Positions 1-8,636 of a DNA stretch of 31,908 bases are shown here, piece after piece. The DNA is from an uncultured Bacteroidota bacterium. Its GTDB lineage: Bacteria > Bacteroidota > Bacteroidia > UBA7662. The stretch covers positions 1-31,908 of the forward strand of contig CAIVQI010000100.1 of the NCBI GenBank assembly GCA_903908015.1. The letters are read 5' to 3'. Below the pieces are notes generated by a model. It had not been told where the DNA came from and ran no database searches. It saw only the letters and a list, made by a program, of their open reading frames with translations. Numbering within the stretch: the first letter of the stretch is position 1; every line of letters starts with the position of its first letter. Made by a program: the position numbers and the translations under genes.

Positions 1-1446
1 CAGTTGTTATTGGGGGCTTACTCCGCCCTCAATCGTCAGGTTGCCAGAAAGCAAGTTCAGATGTTTGCACGGCACGAGATGGTGGATGTGGTCGTGATCG
101 ACGGCAAGGCTCGGGGCATTATTGCGCGGGATTTGGTGACTGGCAAATTAGAACGACATGGTGCACATGCTGTTGTATTAGCGAGTGGGGGCTATGGCAA
201 TGTGTTTTATTTATCGACCAACGCCATGGGCTCAAATGTAACAGCAGCCTGGAAGGCCCATAAGAAGGGAGCGTTTTTTGGCAATCCGTGCTTTACCCAG
301 ATTCACCCCACTTGTTTGCCTCAATCAGGTGAATATCAGTCCAAGCTCACCCTCATGTCGGAGTCGCTGCGTAATGATGGAAGGGTTTGGGTTCCGTTGC
401 GACAAGAGGACGCCCAAGCCATACGAGAAGGGAAGCGCACAGCTGCGCAATTGAAAGAGGAGGACCGCGATTATTTCCTCGAAAGAAAATATCCGGCATT
501 TGGAAACCTGGTTCCGCGCGATGTGGCCAGTCGCGCCGCCAAAGAAGCTTGTGATGACGGGAGAGGGGTTAATCCTACTGGTTTGGCAGTTTTTCTGGAT
601 TTTAGAGATGCCATCCAGCGGTTGGGTAAAGACGTGATCAGTGCACGTTATGGCAACCTCTTTGAAATGTATGAAAAAATAACAGGGGATAATCCGTATG
701 AAGTTCCCATGAAGATTTACCCCGCTGTGCATTACACCATGGGCGGTTTATGGGTGGATTATGATTTGATGACTACAGTTCCGGGTTTGTATGCGATTGG
801 TGAAGCCAATTTTAGCGATCATGGAGCCAATCGCCTAGGGGCTTCTGCACTCATGCAAGGACTCGCAGATGGCTATTTTGTGTTGCCTTATACCATAGGT
901 AACTATTTGGCCGATGAAATTCATACCCCTTCAATACCCATCGACCACGAGGCTTTTGCTGCTGCAGAAGCGAGGGCATCTGAATTATATCATCAGTTCC
1001 TTTCAATTAAAGGTAGTCAATCACCTGAGCGTTTACACAGAAATCTCGGGAAAATTATGTGGGAATATTGTGGCATGGCGCGTTCTGAAGAAGGTTTAAA
1101 GAAGGCATTAGGTATGATTGAAGAATTGAAAAATTCTTTCTGGACGGATCTTCAGGTTGGAGGAAGTGTGAACGAGTTTAATCCTGAGTTGGATAAGGCC
1201 ATGCGGGTGGCAGACTTTATTGAGCTCGGTGCGCTGATGATTCGAGATGCCTTAGACCGCAGCGAGTCTTGTGGTGGGCATTTCCGTGTGGAAAGCCAAA
1301 CACCAGAAGGCGAAGCCCTCCGCGACGACCAGAATGGGAATTATGTGGCAGCTTGGGCTTACCAAGGAGATAACGTGGCACCGGAGTTGCACAAAGAACC
1401 TTTGAACTTTGAAATTGTTAAACCTACTCAAAGAAGTTATAAGTGA
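1..1446 (+). CDS. sdhA: Succinate dehydrogenase/fumarate reductase flavoprotein subunit (5' end lies outside the window)
   Basis: Frame is open from base 1. Catalytic motifs [19 protein letters not shown] and [11 protein letters not shown], and C-terminal ESCGGHFR. Followed directly by the Fe-S subunit. Confidence 0.96.
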   Translation, partial: QLLLGAYSALNRQVARKQVQMFARHEMVDVVVIDGKARGIIARDLVTGKLERHGAHAVVLASGGYGNVFYLSTNAMGSNVTAAWKAHKKGAFFGNPCFTQIHPTCLPQSGEYQSKLTLMSESLRNDGRVWVPLRQEDAQAIREGKRTAAQLKEEDRDYFLERKYPAFGNLVPRDVASRAAKEACDDGRGVNPTGLAVFLDFRDAIQRLGKDVISARYGNLFEMYEKITGDNPYEVPMKIYPAVHYTMGGLWVDYDLMTTVPGLYAIGEANFSDHGANRLGASALMQGLADGYFVLPYTIGNYLADEIHTPSIPIDHEAFAAAEARASELYHQFLSIKGSQSPERLHRNLGKIMWEYCGMARSEEGLKKALGMIEELKNSFWTDLQVGGSVNEFNPELDKAMRVADFIELGALMIRDALDRSESCGGHFRVESQTPEGEALRDDQNGNYVAAWAYQGDNVAPELHKEPLNFEIVKPTQRSYK

Positions 1447-2210
1447 TGGGAAAAGAAACGATTGCCTTAACGCTTAAGGTTTGGCGTCAGAGCGGCCCGA
1501 CCGATAAGGGTAAATTCCAAACCTATTCATTGAATCAGGTTCCTGTACATGCCTCCTTCCTTGAAATGATGGATTTGTTGAATGAGCAATTGGTGGGCAA
1601 GGGAGAATCACCTGTGGCTTTCGATCATGATTGTCGCGAGGGAATCTGTGGCTCTTGCAGCATGTACATCAACGGACGTGCACATGGCACCCAGTCGGGT
1701 ACAACCACTTGTCAACTCCACATGAGGCATTTTCATGATGGGGAAACCATCACCATTGAGCCTTGGCGTGCAGCACCTTTTCCTGTTATCCGGGATTTGG
1801 TCGTTGACCGCTCCGCGTTTGATACAATCATGCAGGCAGGTGGATATGTATCGGTGAACACAGGAAATGCACCTGATGGCAATGCTGTGCCTATCGCGAA
1901 AACGCATGCAGATGAGGCGTTTAATGCTGCGGCATGCATCGGATGCGGTGCTTGCGTTGCAGCCTGCAAGAATGCTTCAGCCATGTTGTTTGTATCGGCG
2001 AAGGTATCGCAATATGCGCTGCTGCCACAGGGACAGCCGGAGCGACGCGAGCGTGTACAGAAAATGGTATCGACCATGGATGAGCTGGGTTTTGGTGCCT
2101 GTACAAACACCGGGGCGTGCGAAGCTGAATGTCCAAAGGGTATCAGTGTAACCCATATAGCCCGTCTTAATCGTGAATATTTCGGTGCCCTATTGGGGCC
2201 TGGAGATTAA
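1446..2210 (+). CDS. sdhB: Succinate dehydrogenase/fumarate reductase iron-sulfur subunit
   Basis: CREGICGSC...[12 protein letters not shown] and [11 protein letters not shown] cluster motifs. ATG at 1446 overlaps the sdhA stop (TGATG). Confidence 0.96.
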   Translation: MGKETIALTLKVWRQSGPTDKGKFQTYSLNQVPVHASFLEMMDLLNEQLVGKGESPVAFDHDCREGICGSCSMYINGRAHGTQSGTTTCQLHMRHFHDGETITIEPWRAAPFPVIRDLVVDRSAFDTIMQAGGYVSVNTGNAPDGNAVPIAKTHADEAFNAAACIGCGACVAACKNASAMLFVSAKVSQYALLPQGQPERRERVQKMVSTMDELGFGACTNTGACEAECPKGISVTHIARLNREYFGALLGPGD

Positions 2211-2284
2211 TCATTTTTACCTCATCCGTAGGTCTAATTTTTTGAGGCCTGGATACGGAGAAGGGATTTTATTCGTTTTGATTT

Positions 2285-4966
2285 ATGCCGTTGCGCTCCC
2301 TGAATTTGGATCAGTTTTCATTAAGGCCAATCGGCAACCCGAATTTCATTATTCGGGTTTTGTCCTTGGTCCTGCCCTTTTGGAGCATGACTGCAGAGGC
2401 TACGCACAACAGGGGGGGCGAAATTACATTTCGGCAGTTGTCGGGACTCACATTCGAAATTACGGTCACGACCTACACCAAAGACCAGAATGCGGCGGAC
2501 CGACCCGATTTGCCTGTGTCGTTTAATTATGGCAATCCTGTTTTTATCGATACTGTACCCCGCCTGAGTAGGGTTTTCGTAGGTGCGGATATCGTGCGCA
2601 ATATTTATGTCACTACCCACACTTTTCCAGGGCCGTCAACCTACACCATCTCAGTGGCCGACCCAAACCGGGTGGCCAATGTCGTGAATATCCCCAATTC
2701 AGTGAATCTGATGTTTTACATTCAAACACAGCTCACTATTAGTCCGTTTTTGGGTGTAAACAGCTCTCCTGTATTGAATTTTCCGCCCATCGACTATGCC
2801 TGCATCAATCGGTTGTTTGTTCATAACCCGGGGGCAGTTGACCCCGATGGCGACTCGCTGTCTTATGAAATAACGCCATGCAGGGGCGACAACGGCCTTC
2901 CTGTGCCTGGTTTTTATTATCCGGCACCGCAAAATCAGCTCTATGTGGATGGCATTTATGGTGATTTTATTTGGAATACGCCCCAGCAGGCCGGTGAATT
3001 TAACTATGCCATGTTGATCAGGGAGTGGCGCAATGGGGTCAATATTTCATCGATCCTTCGCGACTTTCAAGTTACAGTAGCAGCTTGTAGCAATCGCCCC
3101 CCCAATTTGCAAGTACCTCCCGATACCTGCGTGGTAGCGGGTAGTCCGCTGTTGCGTTCCATTACGGCCACCGATAGTGATGGCCAGGTCATTAGTTTGA
3201 GCGCGGCCGGCATGCCCTTTGCTCCGCCACGTGGTGCCGTGAGTCAATCCCCCGCTACGTTCACCGACGTAACAGGCGTTGGTCCATTGTCATCGCCATT
3301 TGCTTGGAACACTACTTGTAGCCACATTCGTTTGGCGCCTTATCGGGTGGTTTTCAAAGCCATCGATAATGGAAGTCCACCCCTTACAGCCTATGGCGTG
3401 TGGAATATTCGCGTCATCGCACCGGCGGTCACGGGTGTTGTTGCCACGCCACAGCCCGCAGCCATTAGGGTCAATTTCAATCCCCATGCTTGCACCTCGG
3501 CCCTAGGATACCGCGTGTATCGCAAACAAGGCCCTGGTCCGTTCACTCCTGGATATTGCGAAACAGGGGTTCCAGCCTCCACGGGCTACGTTCTGATTGA
3601 TACACTGATGGGGCGAAATTCTACAGTCTATGTGGATGATAACGGCGGGCGTGGTTTGCCGCCGGGTGAGGAATTTTGCTACCGAATCACGGCATTTTTT
3701 AGTGAGAATGCCCTCAATCCACTCGCGGGATCAGAAAGTATTACTTCTGAGGAGGCTTGCGCACGGGTTCCGCTGAGTCTACCCGCTTTCACGCGCGTCA
3801 GTATTCGTACAACTGATCCTTTGAATGGATCTGTTTCTTTGGCATGGCTTGGGCCATCCGAATTGGACCAGGCTTTGTTTCCTCCGCCTTATCGTATCGA
3901 GTTGGTTCGGTCCTTGAGGCCAGATTTTCAAGCTTCTTCGACAGTTTTCATTAGAACATGGCCTGATTTTTCATCCTTGATGGCCGATACATCCCATATC
4001 GATACGCTGATCAATACCGTCCAAGGACCGCATTTTTACCGGATAAATCTGTATTCGGGTCCTGCATTCGGACTGGTTGGACGGAATACTTCCGCTTCTT
4101 CTGTCTTTCTGCAAGTACAAGCGCTCGATGCGCGGCTTCGATTGACCTGGACTTGGGATACGCCCTGGCAAAATGATTCTTTTTATGTTTATCGCGAGGG
4201 GCTTGCGGGTGTCCGACAATTAATTGGCGTTACCCCCCGCCCGGAATGGATTGATACTGCTTTGGTGAATGGTCGCAGCTATTGCTATTATGTGATGAGT
4301 CGCGGTGGTTATCGTGCTCTAGGCATGCCTGCGCTTTTATACAACGATGCCCAGCGGATGTGTGGTACCCCACGCGACTCAGTGCCTCCTTGTCCGCCTA
4401 CCCTCACCATAGCGACTGATTGCGATCGGTTCCAGAACCTATTAACATGGCAACAGAAACCTGAATGCGCTGCTGATTTATTGGAATGGAGAATATACTA
4501 CAGCGCAGGAGCGGGCTCACCTTTTACGCCTTTGACATCGGTTCCTGCGGACTCATTACCGGCTTGGTTGCATGGTGGATTGTCGTCGTCGGTAGCGGGC
4601 TGTTACCGAATAACGGCGGTGGACAGTGGAGGAAATGAAAGTGGGTTTGTGAACGAAGTATGCGCCGAGAATTGTTTGGAATATGAATTGCCGAATGTTT
4701 TTTCGCCAAATGCCGATGGAGTTAATGATGTATTTCGTCCGTTACCCGGTTGGCGATTTGTGCAATCTATTGATTTGTATGTCTATAACCGTTGGGGCCA
4801 GGTTGTATACCGAAGTATTGTACCTTCGATCGATTGGGATGGCACCAATATGCAAGGGGTGCCTGTTGAAGAAGGGACCTATTACTACAGGATCAGGATT
4901 AATTTCAGGGTTTTTGCGGGCATCGAGTCGGTCGACCGAGATGGAGTGGTTGGTATTTATAGATAG
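2285..4966 (+). CDS. Secreted surface protein with type IX secretion type-B (gliding motility-associated) C-terminal domain; cadherin-like and FN3-like repeats
   Basis: Signal peptide ending ...MTAEA then THNRGGEIT. C-terminal ELPNVFSPNADGVNDVF...VYNRWGQVVY...WDG...EGTYYY from base 4685. Internal AxDxD and AxDxGxPxL motifs and repeated CYRITA-type beta strands. Confidence 0.88.
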   Translation: MPLRSLNLDQFSLRPIGNPNFIIRVLSLVLPFWSMTAEATHNRGGEITFRQLSGLTFEITVTTYTKDQNAADRPDLPVSFNYGNPVFIDTVPRLSRVFVGADIVRNIYVTTHTFPGPSTYTISVADPNRVANVVNIPNSVNLMFYIQTQLTISPFLGVNSSPVLNFPPIDYACINRLFVHNPGAVDPDGDSLSYEITPCRGDNGLPVPGFYYPAPQNQLYVDGIYGDFIWNTPQQAGEFNYAMLIREWRNGVNISSILRDFQVTVAACSNRPPNLQVPPDTCVVAGSPLLRSITATDSDGQVISLSAAGMPFAPPRGAVSQSPATFTDVTGVGPLSSPFAWNTTCSHIRLAPYRVVFKAIDNGSPPLTAYGVWNIRVIAPAVTGVVATPQPAAIRVNFNPHACTSALGYRVYRKQGPGPFTPGYCETGVPASTGYVLIDTLMGRNSTVYVDDNGGRGLPPGEEFCYRITAFFSENALNPLAGSESITSEEACARVPLSLPAFTRVSIRTTDPLNGSVSLAWLGPSELDQALFPPPYRIELVRSLRPDFQASSTVFIRTWPDFSSLMADTSHIDTLINTVQGPHFYRINLYSGPAFGLVGRNTSASSVFLQVQALDARLRLTWTWDTPWQNDSFYVYREGLAGVRQLIGVTPRPEWIDTALVNGRSYCYYVMSRGGYRALGMPALLYNDAQRMCGTPRDSVPPCPPTLTIATDCDRFQNLLTWQQKPECAADLLEWRIYYSAGAGSPFTPLTSVPADSLPAWLHGGLSSSVAGCYRITAVDSGGNESGFVNEVCAENCLEYELPNVFSPNADGVNDVFRPLPGWRFVQSIDLYVYNRWGQVVYRSIVPSIDWDGTNMQGVPVEEGTYYYRIRINFRVFAGIESVDRDGVVGIYR

Positions 4967-4977
4967 GTCATTCAGGT

Positions 4978-5577
4978 ATGTTTACAGGCATAATTGAGAC
5001 GATGGGTGAGGTGGTATCGCGCGAGATACTGGGCACGAATATTGATTTGTGGATTCGGTCTGATTTAAGTGAATCGCTAAAGATTGATCAAAGTTTGGCG
5101 CACAATGGTGTATGCCTCACCGTGGTGGAGGTGGTTCATGGGATGCACAGGGTAACGGCCGTTGAAGAAACGATTCAACGCACCAATCTTGGGTTATGGA
5201 ATGAGCGCACCATAGTGAATCTTGAACGATGCGTACCAGCAGGTGGGCGATTGGATGGGCATATTGTTCAGGGTCATGTCGACCAGCTCCTCTATTGCGA
5301 ATCCGTTTCTGAGCGTAATGGAAGTTGGTGGATTGAATTTACTCTTCCTGAGTCCTACGCTCATTTGATCGTGGAAAAGGGTTCGGTTTGTTTGGATGGT
5401 ATTTCTTTAACGGTTGCCTCCCTCAGTGCGGGGTCGTTCGCTGTGGCCATCATTCCCTATACTTGGGCACATACCAACGTGCAATTCTGGAAGTCGGGTG
5501 CACAAGTTAATTTTGAAGCTGATATTTTAGGAAAATATGTTGCCAAGTGGATGGCACCGCATATTGGTGGGCGCTGA
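4978..5577 (+). CDS. ribC: Riboflavin synthase (alpha chain)
   Basis: Diagnostic N-terminus MFTGIIE, with SLAHNGVCLTV, GGRLDGHIVQGHVD, KGSVCLDGISLTV and VNFEADILGKYV. Confidence 0.96.
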   Translation: MFTGIIETMGEVVSREILGTNIDLWIRSDLSESLKIDQSLAHNGVCLTVVEVVHGMHRVTAVEETIQRTNLGLWNERTIVNLERCVPAGGRLDGHIVQGHVDQLLYCESVSERNGSWWIEFTLPESYAHLIVEKGSVCLDGISLTVASLSAGSFAVAIIPYTWAHTNVQFWKSGAQVNFEADILGKYVAKWMAPHIGGR

Positions 5578-5648
5578 GGAGTAGTGACGTAATCATTGGG
5601 TTACAGCAAGAACAACAACATCTTTCAAAAAAAAGTACTGTTCATGTC

Positions 5649-5681
5649 AAAAAAAAATACCGACCCAGTGGTCGGTATTTT
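5649..5681. terminator. Intrinsic terminator between convergent ribC and yceI, with the strongest U-tail on the minus strand
   Basis: Perfect 12-bp stem AAAATACCGACC-cagt-GGTCGGTATTTT. The A9 run at 5649-5657 reads as T9 after the stem on the minus strand. Confidence 0.85.
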
Positions 5682-5700
5682 CAATACTAAAATGGTAAAG

Positions 5701-5721
5701 TTTCGGTTCAAGTGACCGAAA
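5701..5721. other. Second hairpin immediately 3' of the yceI stop
   Basis: TTTCGGT-tcaagtg-ACCGAAA, a 7-bp perfect stem 3 nt from the yceI stop codon. Confidence 0.55.
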
Positions 5722-5724
5722 TGC

Positions 5725-6375
5725 TCACTTTGCAGTAGCCTGCAAATTGATATTAAGTGTGATGTTGTCGTTGATCATTTTGTCGCCCAGTCCTTTGAAG
5801 AACTTGCCTGAACCATAACGAATATTCCAGAGTGTGCGATCAATATCAAACTTTGCGTTTGCTTTCACGGATGCTGCGTCCATTTGTACCATGGCCGGAA
5901 ATTTAATTCCATTGGTAATGCCTTTGATGGTCAGGTTACCCGAAATGCTGTGGGTGTTGCCCTCTGCATCGGCAGCCGGTAGCGCTTCAACTGAGGTAAT
6001 GACAAAATTGGCTACTTTATGGCTGTCAACTGCAAAGAAATCAGGGGATTTCAAGTGACCAACCAAATCGCCATTTTGCTTGGCATCGGTAAGATCTTCC
6101 ACTTTGATGCTGCTCATATCCATGGTGAAACTACCACCTTTTAATGCGCCGGCATCAGCTTGAAGCGTGCCTTCGGTGATCGCCACAGTGCCGAAATGCT
6201 CTCCAGTAACTTTTTTACCAGTCCACTTTAATTCACCAGAAGTGAGCGAAAATTCTTGCGCACCCACAACTTCCGCTGCAGCTGCTACATCCACGTTTTC
6301 GGCCTCTTGGCCACTGTTGCCGCAGGAGAAGGTGATCAGACCAGCTGCGACTGCAATCATAAGTGTTTTTTTCAT
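5725..6375 (-). CDS. YceI-family (polyisoprenoid/lipid-binding) lipoprotein
   Basis: Lipoprotein signal MKKTLMIAVAAGLITFS-C. YceI motifs LKWTGKKVTGEHFG, LVGHLKSPDFFAV, ISGNLTIKGIT and FDIDRTLWNIRYGSG. Confidence 0.9.
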   Translation of the reverse strand: MKKTLMIAVAAGLITFSCGNSGQEAENVDVAAAAEVVGAQEFSLTSGELKWTGKKVTGEHFGTVAITEGTLQADAGALKGGSFTMDMSSIKVEDLTDAKQNGDLVGHLKSPDFFAVDSHKVANFVITSVEALPAADAEGNTHSISGNLTIKGITNGIKFPAMVQMDAASVKANAKFDIDRTLWNIRYGSGKFFKGLGDKMINDNITLNINLQATAK

Positions 6376-6387
6376 AAGTGTTTTTTT
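6358..6387 (-). repeat. Perfect 2 x 15-nt tandem repeat spanning the yceI start (AAAAAAACACTTATG twice on the minus strand)
   Basis: The + strand reads cataagtgttttttt at 6358-6372 and again at 6373-6387. Confidence 0.9.
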
Positions 6388-6481
6388 TATGTCACTTTAA
6401 ACGATTGAGTGAATGAAAAGTTCAATCAACCTCAAAAAAAAATATCTTGCGCTCAGAACAGACCAGATTAGAAAAGTCCAG

Positions 6482-7060
6482 ATGAATCACGATGAGTTGC
6501 AGCGCCTTCCTGTAGAGTTGAATAACCCATGGAGAACCCTTTCTTCCTCTAATGTATATGATAATCCGTGGATTACCTTAACGGAATTTCAAGTGCTGAA
6601 TCCAGCAGGAAATCCGGGTATTTATGGGAGGGTACATTTCAAAAATATGGCAATTGGAATTGTGGCACTCGATGACGATGGTTGGATCAGTTTGGTTGGT
6701 CAATACCGGTACACCATCGATCGCTATTCATGGGAGATTCCAGAAGGAGGAGGACATCACGATGTTGACCCCTTAACTTCTGCTCAAAGGGAATTGCTTG
6801 AAGAGACAGGTTTAAAAGCTGGTCAATGGGAGTTGTTGCTTCAAATGCATCTTTCCAATAGTGTTACTGATGAATTTTGCCAGGTATATTTGGCCACCGA
6901 GCTCCAGCAATTTGAAGCGGAACCCGAGGAGACGGAACAGTTGAAATACCTCAAGTTACCCTTATCGGAGGCTTGGCAAAGAGTAAAGTCGGGGGAGATT
7001 ACCGATGCCATCACTGTGGCATCCTTACAGGCCATGATGCTGCGACAGGCGGGACTATAG
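6482..7060 (+). CDS. NUDIX hydrolase (ADP-ribose pyrophosphatase-like)
   Basis: LVGQYRY...WEIPEGGG...AQRELLEETGL Nudix box. Start placed at ATG 6482 because the longer ORF from 6413 runs through AT-rich promoter-like sequence; the start is uncertain. Confidence 0.88.
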   Translation: MNHDELQRLPVELNNPWRTLSSSNVYDNPWITLTEFQVLNPAGNPGIYGRVHFKNMAIGIVALDDDGWISLVGQYRYTIDRYSWEIPEGGGHHDVDPLTSAQRELLEETGLKAGQWELLLQMHLSNSVTDEFCQVYLATELQQFEAEPEETEQLKYLKLPLSEAWQRVKSGEITDAITVASLQAMMLRQAGL

Positions 7061-7134
7061 GATGATTGCCTTAAAATAATTAAACCTGGGCAATAAGTTT
7101 CATCAATAATTTACGCTTCTGAATGTGCATCCCG

Positions 7135-7142
7135 TAGATTTG
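7135..7142 (+). promoter_or_regulatory. Bacteroidota -7 promoter element for alkaline phosphatase
   Basis: TAGATTTG is a perfect TAnnTTTG match, 4 nt before the ATG at 7147. Confidence 0.65.
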
Positions 7143-7146
7143 CTAT

Positions 7147-8376
7147 ATGAAAAAGACCTTTGAACGATCAGCCCGTATTGCTTTCTTTGCTCCATTGATT
7201 GTATCATCGATCATGTGCCTGGGTAGTGCGAAAGGGCAACCCGCACCGGGCAATAAAAAAACATCACCCTTCTTTAGAGCGCGTCAATTGGCCGAATCGG
7301 CTACACTGACGCAGCCCAGAAATATCATACTGATGATTGGCGATGGAATGGGTGCCAGCCAAATCTATGCAGGCATGGTAGCGGGCCGACAAGAGTTGAA
7401 CCTCGAACGATTTCGGCATTTGGGATTTAGTAAGACTTACGCCTTCGATGACCTCATCACCGATTCTGGAGCTGGCGCTACCGCCTTCAGCATTGGTAAA
7501 AAGGCTTTTAATGGAGCCATTGGCGTGGATTCCGATACCATGGCCTGCGAAACCATTTTGGAAACAGCGGCGCGCATGGGCAAAAAGACTGGATTGGTAG
7601 CCACTTCTTCAATCACGCACGCCACGCCTGCATCATTTGTGGCTCATGTACCGGACCGTGAGATGCATGAGGAAATTGCACGTCAAATTACAGGGAGTAG
7701 GGTTGACTTGTTGATTGGGGCGGGAAAAAAATATTTCGAACAACGAAAAGATGGACGGGCACTCACAGCCAATATGCGCGAACGGGGTTTTTATACGGTA
7801 TTCGATTCAATCACCCTCACCCAAATACCAAAAGGAAATCGTTTGGCGGCACTACTATGGGACAAAGATGCACCCAAAATGAGCGAGGGTCGGGGTGATT
7901 TTTTGCCCAACGCAACCCGCTTGGCAATAGATCATTTGAATGATACTGCTAAGGGTTTCTTTTTGATGGTTGAAGGATCCCAAATTGATTGGGGTGGTCA
8001 CGCTAATGATGCCGATTATATTGTCCAAGAGATGCTCGATTTTGATCGGGCCATTGGGGCAGCACTCGACTTTGCTCAGCGCGATGGGCAAACATTAGTG
8101 GTTGTGACGGCCGACCATGAAACTGGTGGGTTTGCCATTAATGGGGGTGATATGGCCTCGGGTCGGATCGAGGGTGCTTTCACCACCAAAAAGCATACGG
8201 GGGTGATGGTTCCCGTTTTTGCATATGGACCTGGTGCACATGCATTCACGGGCATCCAGGATAATACCTCGATGTACAAGCATATGATGAAATTGTGGGG
8301 TTATAAAGCAAATGCCCCATGGCCTTGGCGAAACAGTGCACCAGAGCAGCCACGACGCAGTGATGTTGTTCGGTAG
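7147..8376 (+). CDS. phoA: Alkaline phosphatase (PhoA family), secreted
   Basis: MIGDGMG, TDSGAGATA (catalytic Ser), THATPASF, VEGSQIDWGGHAND, TADHETGG and HTGVMVP metal ligands. N-terminal signal peptide. Confidence 0.93.
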   Translation: MKKTFERSARIAFFAPLIVSSIMCLGSAKGQPAPGNKKTSPFFRARQLAESATLTQPRNIILMIGDGMGASQIYAGMVAGRQELNLERFRHLGFSKTYAFDDLITDSGAGATAFSIGKKAFNGAIGVDSDTMACETILETAARMGKKTGLVATSSITHATPASFVAHVPDREMHEEIARQITGSRVDLLIGAGKKYFEQRKDGRALTANMRERGFYTVFDSITLTQIPKGNRLAALLWDKDAPKMSEGRGDFLPNATRLAIDHLNDTAKGFFLMVEGSQIDWGGHANDADYIVQEMLDFDRAIGAALDFAQRDGQTLVVVTADHETGGFAINGGDMASGRIEGAFTTKKHTGVMVPVFAYGPGAHAFTGIQDNTSMYKHMMKLWGYKANAPWPWRNSAPEQPRRSDVVR

Positions 8377-8459
8377 CGGGGTTTGTTCGCTTGGAAGTTC
8401 CGTTCTTCATCCCCAGCAAAGGCATCAGGTGGTGCGCGGTAGGAGTATGTTATGTGGCC

Positions 8460-8636
8460 CTAATGAGGCTTCGATCGCTTCCTACACGCATCACTGCAGT
8501 GGGTTACCTCATCCCAGCACCGCATCCACTTTTTGCGCCAGCTAAATGGTCTTCCGCACACACGACATTCCTTTTCGGGAAGATGCGGTTTTCGGTAGAT
8601 TGGTCCACTGTGGGAGACCCTACGTTTATTGGTCAT
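8460..8636 (-). CDS. DUF2256-family small Cys-rich protein (58 aa; below the ORF-track cutoff)
   Basis: Hand translation: MTNKRRVSHSGPIYRKPHLPEKECRVCGRPFSWRKKWMRCWDEVTHCSDACRKRSKPH*. It matches the LPxKxCxxCGRPFxWRKKW...WDEVxxCSxxCR pattern. Confidence 0.88.
   Translation of the reverse strand: MTNKRRVSHSGPIYRKPHLPEKECRVCGRPFSWRKKWMRCWDEVTHCSDACRKRSKPH

Noticed and set aside
7090-7116. Possible Pho box upstream of phoA (GTTTCAT-caat-AATTTAC)
   Set aside because: Only 5/7 and 3/7 matches to the E. coli half-site in an AT-rich spacer; not supportable.
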